From positions 1,940,062 through 2,004,061 of the forward strand of contig OZ220709.1 in NCBI GenBank assembly GCA_965116665.1: DNA of 64,000 nt, read 5' to 3'. This document shows, in pieces, positions 45,051 to 51,696 of this stretch. Under the pieces are notes generated by a model. That model was not told where the DNA came from and ran no database searches. It was given only the letters and a program-made list of their open reading frames with translations. Source of the DNA: Acidimicrobiales bacterium (GTDB taxonomy: Bacteria > Actinomycetota > Acidimicrobiia > Acidimicrobiales > Aldehydirespiratoraceae). Each line of letters begins with the position of its first letter. Positions within the stretch are counted from its first letter, which is position 1. Made by a program: the position numbers and the translations under genes.

Positions 45051-45449
45051 CAATAACTCCCGCGGTTCTCCATACCTAGGGCCGCTCAGTCGTCGCGTCC
45101 ACAACCGCTCCCTGACCACCTGCACGTTCGGCCGAACCGCCACCTCTAGGTCGAGGTGATATCGGTAGCCGTCGACAACAACAGAACAGCCAACCGCGAA
45201 CGAGTCCTTGCCTAACGGCGCGCATCCCTCAGAGCCGCCTCGCACCAACGGCCCCGAACGGCCACCATCGAGCGCGTCCCGAATTGTCCCGCCGCCCGCA
45301 AGTGAAGACAGAACGGCCAAAGCATCGAGAACATTCGACTTGCCGCTGCCGTTTCGACCAACGAGCAACGTCAGCGGGCGTAGCGGAATGTGCGGCATTC
45401 GCAGGCTCTTGAACGCTGGGAGACGCAGCTCTACCAAGGTGGCGGCCAT
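45051..45449 (-). pseudogene. N-terminal ~133 codons of a P-loop (AAA_15/21, OLD/RecF-like) ATPase, cut off by the IS
   Basis: MAATLVELRLPAFKSLRMPHIPLRPLTLLVGRNGSGKSNVLDALAVLSSLAGGG... The frame runs straight into the IS inverted repeat and stops. The rest of the gene is not on the other side of the IS. Confidence 0.7.
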
Positions 45450-45619
45450 GCGGTGGAGAGTACCCGCGTGCAGTGCCGCCCACCGACATTGCATGGTGAA
45501 TCGCAGTGGCCCGAACCGGAGATCTCGTTGATCGCCGTCATGGCGCAGAAGGGATCAGCCGTAACGTCTGCTCCGATCGGGATCCGCTGCCGACCACCGT
45601 GGCAGGGTCGCCGCCGTCT

Positions 45620-45849
45620 ACGGCCACATGCAACCGGCGCATGAGCACGACTGACGGCAAGTTACTCGTCGCAGCTGTCCTAACGCTGTCTACAGCCGGT
45701 GTGAGACGTAGTTCCTGAACTCGTGGTCTCCGCGAACGCCGCATCCGCCTGCAGCGCTGGGTCCACGACTACAACTGTCACCGACGCCACACCGCCGTAG
45801 GCGGCCCGCCCGCATCACGCGCCAACAACCTCACGCGAACTGACACCTA
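45620..45849 (+). pseudogene. C-terminal remnant of an IS481/rve-type DDE transposase
   Basis: ...TTDGK...RRSS*TRGLRERRIRLQRWVHDYNCHRRHTAVGGPPASRANNL parallels the conserved ...TNGK...W...YNxxRPHxALGGxxPxSR tail. There is an in-frame TGA at 45716, the N-terminal part is missing, and the left limit is approximate. Confidence 0.55.
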
Positions 45850-46167
45850 GCCAGGGGACTCAGCAGTCAGGTGGGCCGGGATGTCGCGCCGGGCGTGGAG
45901 GACTCGCCAGATGTCGATGCGATCGTCCTGAGGCACGTAGATGATGAGGTAGGGAAACCTCAGTAGAGACCAGCTCCGCAACTCCGGGATCTCGAGTTCG
46001 AACGCAAATCGGAGGGAGCCGCTGTTCGGATAGTGGCGGAGATGGTCGATGGCGGCCTCAAGCGCTTCTACGAAGTTGAGTGCTGCCCGCGAGCCAGCTT
46101 CCTCGCGGTAGTGGTCGACCGCGGCCTCAATGTCGGCGACGGCGAGGGCGCGAAGGTCAACCTGCAC
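45847..46167 (-). CDS. parE: ParE-family toxin
   Basis: ADIEAAVDHYREEAG...ALNFVEALEAAIDHLRHYPNSG...FPYLIIYVPQDDRIDIWRVLHARRDI. Confidence 0.85.
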   Translation of the reverse strand: MQVDLRALAVADIEAAVDHYREEAGSRAALNFVEALEAAIDHLRHYPNSGSLRFAFELEIPELRSWSLLRFPYLIIYVPQDDRIDIWRVLHARRDIPAHLTAESPG

Positions 46168-46175
46168 CGACTCGT

Positions 46176-46409
46176 TCAGGCGTCGGCTTGGGCTTGGTGT
46201 CGGAGCGACGCGAAGTAGGCGGCGTCTGCGCTGCCGGCAACAGGGCTGCGAGCTCCCTCAAGGACGGCGGCTCGGAGTTGGCGACGGTCGAGGTCCCGCC
46301 GGATCAGATCACGCACATACTCACTCGTCGAGCCGTAGTGGCCATGGTTGACCTGTGAGTCGACGAAGCTCTTGAGTTCGTCGGGCAGTGACACGTTCAT
46401 CGTTGTCAT
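46176..46409 (-). CDS. parD: ParD-family antitoxin (RHH)
   Basis: MNVSLPDELKSFVDSQVNHGHYGSTSEYVRDLIRRD is the typical ParD sequence. Confidence 0.85.
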   Translation of the reverse strand: MTTMNVSLPDELKSFVDSQVNHGHYGSTSEYVRDLIRRDLDRRQLRAAVLEGARSPVAGSADAAYFASLRHQAQADA

Positions 46410-46428
46410 GCCTGCCGATCATACTGTG

Positions 46429-46445
46429 TTGGCAAGAATTGCCAA
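46429..46445. promoter_or_regulatory. palindrome TTGGCAA-N3-TTGCCAA upstream of parD (candidate operator overlapping a -35)
   Basis: On the minus strand the sequence reads TTGGCA-N16/17-TATGAT, then 8 nt, then the parD ATG. Confidence 0.45.
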
Positions 46446-46555
46446 GGGATTCAGGCCGCGCCGGAAGCAGACCCGACCGAGCGCTGATCCCCGCAGTACA
46501 GTCGGCGCGAGATCAGGCCCGGCGGGACAGGGAGGGCGCTACGAGCGGACCGCGG

Positions 46556-46978
46556 TTGAACGAGCACGGGGCCGCGCTCACCACCCAGCGCATCTTCAGC
46601 TGGGAGGACCTCGATGCGGTGCGCTGGCACGACGACAGGGTCGACGCGCAGATCGTGACCGGCGAGCACATGCACCTCATCCGGGCCGTCTACGAGCCAG
46701 GCGCCACGTACCCGATGCACAGCCATCCCCACGAGCAGTTCAGCCTGCTGCTGTCGGGCCGCCTGCTGCTGACCGTCGGCGACGAGACCCGCGAGATCGG
46801 ACCGGGCGACGGCTGGTACGCGCCCGGAGGCGTGCCCCACGGGGGCCAGGTCCTCGGTGACGAGCCGGCCGTCTTCCTCGACATCTACTCCCCGGCAACG
46901 GCCTGGATCCTCGACGTGTTCGCAACCGGCAGGCCGGTCCCGGCCCCCGGCCGAAGTGGGACTGAGCCGCAGAGTTGA
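46556..46978 (+). CDS. cupin-domain protein
   Basis: TYPMHSHPHEQFSLLLSG...GGVPHGG are cupin motifs 1 and 2. The TTG start at 46556 is an inference. Confidence 0.7.
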   Translation: MNEHGAALTTQRIFSWEDLDAVRWHDDRVDAQIVTGEHMHLIRAVYEPGATYPMHSHPHEQFSLLLSGRLLLTVGDETREIGPGDGWYAPGGVPHGGQVLGDEPAVFLDIYSPATAWILDVFATGRPVPAPGRSGTEPQS

Positions 46979-47895
46979 GCATGGAGAACGTCTTCGGAGC
47001 CGGCGCCGACACCTCAGAGGTCGCAGCCGCGGTGGCCCGCGACGGGTACGCGGTGGTTCGCGACGCCATCGACGCGGCCACCGTCGCGGCGGTCGCCGCC
47101 GACCTGCAGCCGCATCTGGATGCCGCCCATGCCGGCCACGAGGAGTTCATGGGCAGCCTCACCAAGCGGTTCGGCGCGCTGATCGCGAAGTCGACCGCGG
47201 TGCAGGCGCTGATCATGCACCCCACCGTGATGGCCGTGGCCGACCATGCCCTGCTGCCGAGCTGTGCGGCGTACCGGGTCCACTACACCGGGGTGATGCA
47301 CCTCGAGCCGGGGGAGAAGCAGCAGGTGCTGCACCGCGACACGTCGGTCTACCCCTTCGCCAACCCCTGCCCCCCGCTCACGGTGGCCACGATGTGGGCG
47401 ATCACGGACTTCACCCGCTCCAACGGCGCCACCCGGGTCTGCCCAGGCAGCCACCGGTGGACCAACGACCGCGTGCCGGCGGCTGACGATGTGGTCGCCG
47501 CCGAGATGGCGGCCGGCTCGGTGCTCATCTACGTCGGCAACGTCATCCACGGCGGCGGATCGAACCGATCCGACCGGGCCCGCACCGGCGTGGCGCTGCA
47601 CTACTCCCTCGGATGGCTGCGCCAGGAGGAGAACCAGTACCTGGCCGTCCCCCCGGAGCTGGCCCGCGCGCTGCCCGGCAGGCTCCAGGAGCTGATGGGA
47701 TACGCCCTCGGGTCGTCCAACCTCGGCTTCGTCGACCATGTGGCGCCCAGGGACTTCCTCCACGGCGTGCGCGACCCGTCCGAGAGCGAACTCAGCCCCG
47801 CCGGCCTGAGCGAGCGGGTCGACCGGCTGGAACGCTTCCACGTGAGCCACACCGCCCGGGGCCCCGCCCGCCACTACGACATCGACACCGACTGA
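46975..47895 (+). CDS. phytanoyl-CoA dioxygenase (PhyH)-family Fe(II)/2OG oxygenase
   Basis: 306 aa with QVLHRDT (H-x-D) and IHGGGSNRS. Confidence 0.75.
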   Translation: MSMENVFGAGADTSEVAAAVARDGYAVVRDAIDAATVAAVAADLQPHLDAAHAGHEEFMGSLTKRFGALIAKSTAVQALIMHPTVMAVADHALLPSCAAYRVHYTGVMHLEPGEKQQVLHRDTSVYPFANPCPPLTVATMWAITDFTRSNGATRVCPGSHRWTNDRVPAADDVVAAEMAAGSVLIYVGNVIHGGGSNRSDRARTGVALHYSLGWLRQEENQYLAVPPELARALPGRLQELMGYALGSSNLGFVDHVAPRDFLHGVRDPSESELSPAGLSERVDRLERFHVSHTARGPARHYDIDTD

Positions 47896-47952
47896 TCCCG
47901 CTGGCAGCCTTACGGGCAGCGAGCGCCGACTCACCCCAAGACGCGGCGCCGC

Positions 47953-48291
47953 TCAGTGGTTGAGCAGCGTCTTGAGGACTGAGGTGACTTGATGGCTCGC
48001 GCCGGAATCGACCTGACCCAGGCGGTGCACGAGACGGCGGCGGTTGATCGATCTGATCAGCTCGCACTGCGCGTAGCTGGTCTCGTCGAGACCGGTCTCT
48101 GGTCCCGACTCGATCTCCACATGTAGCGAGAGCCCGCGCCGGGTTGTTGTCAACGGTGCCACGATCACGAACGGGAAGTCTGGACCGAACGTGTCCGGCG
48201 GCCCGAGAACGAGCGCGGGCCGTAGCGCGGCCGGCTCACCGGCATACGGGTCGCCGAAGTCCACGAGCCACAGATCGTCAACCGAGGCCAT
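47953..48291 (-). CDS. mazF: MazF/PemK-family endoribonuclease toxin
   Basis: DLWLVDFGDPYAGEPAALRPALVL...VIVAPLTTT...SYAQCELIRSINRRRL. Confidence 0.8.
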   Translation of the reverse strand: MASVDDLWLVDFGDPYAGEPAALRPALVLGPPDTFGPDFPFVIVAPLTTTRRGLSLHVEIESGPETGLDETSYAQCELIRSINRRRLVHRLGQVDSGASHQVTSVLKTLLNH

Positions 48292-48514
48292 CGTCCACCG
48301 AGGTGCTCTCGGCCTCGGCCAGGTAGGCCGCCCACCCCTCGGGGTCGCTTCGCAATTCGGCGATCTCGGCCGTTACTCGACGGGCGAACCGCTGGCGCCG
48401 GAGCGCCTCGACGGCGTCCCGCACCGTGTCGATGAGCGACGCGCCCGCGGCGTTGCTGAGTTCGACGAGCCGGGCGTGGGTGTCGGCGTCGATGCGGATC
48501 GTTGTCGTAGCCAT
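48278..48514 (-). CDS. RHH-type antitoxin partner of MazF
   Basis: TTIRIDADTHARLVELSNAAGASLIDTVRDAVEAL. It overlaps mazF by 14 nt. Confidence 0.7.
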   Translation of the reverse strand: MATTTIRIDADTHARLVELSNAAGASLIDTVRDAVEALRRQRFARRVTAEIAELRSDPEGWAAYLAEAESTSVDDGLG

Positions 48515-48521
48515 ACAGCGA

Positions 48522-48550
48522 GTCTACATTATGCATGCATATTTATCTAC
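48522..48550. promoter_or_regulatory. AT-rich operator-like region upstream of the MazF antitoxin
   Basis: A perfect 12-bp palindrome TATGCATGCATA (48529-48540), flanked by direct TCTACA copies (48522 and 48545). Confidence 0.4.
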
Positions 48551-48581
48551 ACAGTGAACATCCGCCGCAGCAGCTCGTCGA

Positions 48582-49106
48582 TCACCGCGACCGTCCCGGC
48601 TCGAGCTCGAAGAGGCGGAACTGGCGGTCCGTGACGGTGACGTAGTCGGTCCATCCCGGGAACCAGCCCACCGCGGTCTGCCAGCGCCGGGCCCGCTCGT
48701 CGCCTGCGAGGAGCCTGGCCCGAACCGGCGTCCGCCGGCCCCGGAACACGATCTCGGCCTCGGGGTTGGCGATGAGGTTGGCCGTCCAGGCCGGGTGCCG
48801 CTCGCGGGCGAAGTTGCTGCCCACCACCAGAAAGCGGCCCTCCTCCAGCGGCACGGCCGCCAATGGCGTCTCGCGTAGTTGGCCGGTGCGGGCGCCCCTG
48901 GTGTGGAGCATGAGCATGGGCTGGGCCGCGGAGTCGAGCAGGGTGCGACCCCCGGTCAGCCGGCTGACGGCCCGATGGAACGGCGGGATCACGCGGGGCC
49001 CGATGGCCCGGAAGGGCCGAGACACCAGCACCCGGCCAGGCACGCGGAACCCCGTCGCGGGGGCCGGCGCCTCTCCAGGGTCGCGACCGGGACTCTCCTC
49101 ATTCAT
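48582..49106 (-). CDS. deazaflavin (F420)-dependent nitroreductase-family protein (Ddn/DUF385-like)
   Basis: LMLHTRGARTGQLRETPLAAVPLEEGRFLVVGSNFARERHPAWTANL. The start is trimmed to ATG 49106. Confidence 0.75.
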   Translation of the reverse strand: MNEESPGRDPGEAPAPATGFRVPGRVLVSRPFRAIGPRVIPPFHRAVSRLTGGRTLLDSAAQPMLMLHTRGARTGQLRETPLAAVPLEEGRFLVVGSNFARERHPAWTANLIANPEAEIVFRGRRTPVRARLLAGDERARRWQTAVGWFPGWTDYVTVTDRQFRLFELEPGRSR

Positions 49107-49119
49107 CGCGGAGTCGAAT

Positions 49120-49920
49120 CTAGAGCGCGGCGACACCGACCGCGGAAGCGACCACAAGTGCCAGGCCGAGAACCATCTGGCCGATGCCGATGACCTTCAC
49201 CGGAGCGACCGGCCGGCGGCGGCGGAATCGCTGGAAGGCGGCGATGACTGCCAGGACCGCTGCGCCCACGACGATCCGGCCGTCGAGAGCTACGGCGGCC
49301 GCCGCGATGGCCAGCGCCACGAGGTCGGTAACGGTGACGAGGCGCGGCTGCCAGTCCCGGTCGTGCAGTCGTGCGATCTGGGCCCGCACGTGGGGGACGG
49401 AGGTCGTGACCCGCGCCGCGAGGATCAACCAGGCGCCAACCGCCAGGCGGGGGTCGCCATCACCGGCAATTACGACCGCAGCCGCGACCGCGGCAATGGC
49501 GACCGCGCCGGTGAGTTCGGGCACCATGCGCCGCCGGCGCGATCGGATGTCGTAGGCGAGCTCCACGGCCACGAGAGGAGCTGCGGCAACGGCCGGAATC
49601 CACCAGCGGCCGTCTGCAGCCGTGGCCCCGGCGACCGCGATCAACGTCGTAAGCAGCCCAGCCTCGATCACCGCCACGCGTTCAGCGAGGAGCGTACGAG
49701 CCAGCCGACGATGCCGCCTGCGGTCCACGAGAGCCAACTCCAGGGGCGTTCGCATCACGAACAGCACGAGTGCGCCGAGCGCCAGGCAGGCACCGGCGAT
49801 GCTAGGCGCAACCAGCAGCCCGAGCAGCCCCGGCTCGATGGTCAGGGCCCACCCGCCGTGCTCGGCCGGAATGGCCACCGCGAGGATCGGGTTGCGACGC
49901 GATGCGGGAGTGTCGGTCAT
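49120..49920 (-). CDS. YwiC-like integral membrane protein
   Basis: 266 aa with about 8 TM segments. The N-terminal AIPAEHGGWALTIEPGLLGLLVAP resembles the YwiC-like family as I remember it. Confidence 0.6.
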   Translation of the reverse strand: MTDTPASRRNPILAVAIPAEHGGWALTIEPGLLGLLVAPSIAGACLALGALVLFVMRTPLELALVDRRRHRRLARTLLAERVAVIEAGLLTTLIAVAGATAADGRWWIPAVAAAPLVAVELAYDIRSRRRRMVPELTGAVAIAAVAAAVVIAGDGDPRLAVGAWLILAARVTTSVPHVRAQIARLHDRDWQPRLVTVTDLVALAIAAAAVALDGRIVVGAAVLAVIAAFQRFRRRRPVAPVKVIGIGQMVLGLALVVASAVGVAAL

Positions 49921-50030
49921 TGCTTGGGGATTCTTCTAGATCTGCGACCCGGTCGCGATTGCGGCACGCGGCCGAGAACGTTGTCGAGGTCAGGCGAAAA
50001 GAACCGGCAGTTCGCGGACAAGAAACAGAG

Positions 50031-50567
50031 ATGGCCGACGATCCGCCGAGCCAGCCATCCGGCTCCGACCGGGAGTGGTTCCGCTCCCTGTTCCACGGGA
50101 ACTACCGCCCGCTGCTCGCCTACGCGCGCCGGCGGGTGGACGCGGGGACCGCGGACGACGTCGTAGCCGAGACTCTCCTGGTGGCCTGGCGGCGCCGCGA
50201 TGCCGTTCCATCGGGCCACGAGAGGCCGTGGCTCTACGGCATCGCGCGCAACGTGATCCGCAACTCGGTCCGGTCGGCGCGGCGCCAGCAGGCCTTCCAG
50301 CAAACGCTTCGCGGCCTGCCTCAACCGAGACCCTCCGACGCGGAGGCGGTTGACGAGCAAGCCGAGGTCATGCGGTCGGCCCTGTGCGAACTCTCCGAGG
50401 ACGACCGGGAGATCCTGATGCTGGTCACCTGGGAGGAACTGTCCTACGCCGACGTCGGACGGGTTCTCGACATCTCCGCCAACGCCGTCGCGATCCGGGT
50501 TCACCGGGCTCGCAAGCGGCTGGCGGAACAAGTCGCGAAGCACCTCGGGAAAGATCCTGAGCGATGA
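50031..50567 (+). CDS. ECF-type sigma-70 family factor
   Basis: Region 2 (FHGNYRPLLAYARRRV...DVVAETLLVAWRR) and region 4 (LSYADVGRVLDISANAVAIRVHRARKRL). The start is trimmed to ATG 50031. Confidence 0.85.
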   Translation: MADDPPSQPSGSDREWFRSLFHGNYRPLLAYARRRVDAGTADDVVAETLLVAWRRRDAVPSGHERPWLYGIARNVIRNSVRSARRQQAFQQTLRGLPQPRPSDAEAVDEQAEVMRSALCELSEDDREILMLVTWEELSYADVGRVLDISANAVAIRVHRARKRLAEQVAKHLGKDPER

Positions 50568-50627
50568 GGGACACAAGAGTTGACATGCGAACTCGTGCTG
50601 CAAGTCTTCAATACCAAAGGGGGCAAT

Positions 50628-50801
50628 ATGATCGGTGAAATACCAAGGCTGGGTGAGGAGGTGCTTGACGAGCTACGTCAAGCAAACCCTGTGGACGCCG
50701 ACGCGCTGCCCTCCTCCCGAAGCCCGGAACCGGCGGCGCGACTAGAAGAGATCCTCGAGTCGATCGACGGGACGCCGAGACGCTACCGGTCGCAGGACTA
50801 G
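50628..50801 (+). CDS. hypothetical small protein (57 aa) downstream of the ECF sigma
   Basis: ATG preceded by AAGGGGG. The position is that of an anti-sigma or partner gene, but it has no TM segment and no zinc motif. Confidence 0.4.
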   Translation: MIGEIPRLGEEVLDELRQANPVDADALPSSRSPEPAARLEEILESIDGTPRRYRSQD

Positions 50802-50905
50802 AGTCGTTCGCCGGCATGAGGCCGGTGTCGGACCGAGACGATGCACCGCAAGGCGAGACGGCGGGAGGAGCCGGAGTGGGAAAGAACCAGCGCTCGCAGA
50901 TCGAG

Positions 50906-51400
50906 ATGACCGACGGCGAGGTTGCTCTATTCCTAGATCAGTCGCGCACCTGCACGATGACGACCATCGGCCCCGGCGGGATGCCCCACCTGGTGGCCAT
51001 GTGGTACGCCTGGCTCGACGGGCACGTCTGGCTGGAGTCCAAGTCCAAGGCTCAGAAGATCGTCAACCTGCGCCGTGACGACCGCCTCGCGGTGATGGTC
51101 GAGGCGGGCAACACCTACGAGACCCTGCGGGGCGTGTCCCTCGAGGGCCGCGGCGTCATCGTGGAGGATCCCGACGTGATCTGGCGGGTCGGGGTCAACG
51201 TGTGGGAGCGCTACACCGGCCCGTACTCCGAGGAGTTCCGGACCTTCGTGGAGGCCATGCTGCGCAAACGGGTAGCGGTGCGCCTCGATGTGGAGAGGGT
51301 CCGCACCTGGGACCATCGCAAGCTGGGAATGGGCCCGACGGAGGTCGGCGGCACGACAGGACCCCACATCGACGGCCCCGGCCTGCCGGGACCCGGCTGA
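50906..51400 (+). CDS. PPOX-class (pyridoxamine 5-prime-phosphate oxidase-like / F420-dependent) protein
   Basis: FLDQSRTCTMTTIGPGGMPHLVAMWYAWLDGHVWLESKSKAQKIVNLRRDDR. Confidence 0.75.
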   Translation: MTDGEVALFLDQSRTCTMTTIGPGGMPHLVAMWYAWLDGHVWLESKSKAQKIVNLRRDDRLAVMVEAGNTYETLRGVSLEGRGVIVEDPDVIWRVGVNVWERYTGPYSEEFRTFVEAMLRKRVAVRLDVERVRTWDHRKLGMGPTEVGGTTGPHIDGPGLPGPG

Positions 51401-51427
51401 GCGCTGCGCCCACCGGGCCGCTAGGAA

Positions 51428-51571
51428 TCAACGGGCCGCCAGCAGCAGGCGCGCCCCCTCCCGGGCGAAGACGGCCAGCATCTGCTCGCGGCTCAAGTGC
51501 TGGTCGGGGGACTCGCCCCGGCCGACGCTCAGGTCGCTCCGATCGTCACCGTCCCGGTGCGTGCTGGCCAT
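51428..51571 (-). CDS. possible small ORF (47 aa)
   Basis: Own translation: MASTHRDGDDRSDLSVGRGESPDQHLSREQMLAVFAREGARLLLAAR. GGAAGG lies ~13 nt upstream and GC3 is very high. No homology was assessed. Confidence 0.3.
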   Translation of the reverse strand: MASTHRDGDDRSDLSVGRGESPDQHLSREQMLAVFAREGARLLLAAR

Positions 51572-51696
51572 GTGCCGTGCCCGCCTTCCTGGTTGCCCGG
51601 TGGCGCGCCCATCCGGGATTATCGTCGATCAAGGATGATGATAGTCAGGCTGCCGCAGCCACCTATCGGGGCAACGAGCGGGACGGGAGCGGGGCG

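Noticed and set aside
41337-45058. An 8-bp target-site duplication flanking the IS1595-family element.
   Set aside because: The flanks TACAAAAA (41346-41353) and CAATAACT (45051-45058) do not match, and neither do shorter windows. I read this as evidence for a post-insertion deletion rather than as a reason to move the IS boundaries.
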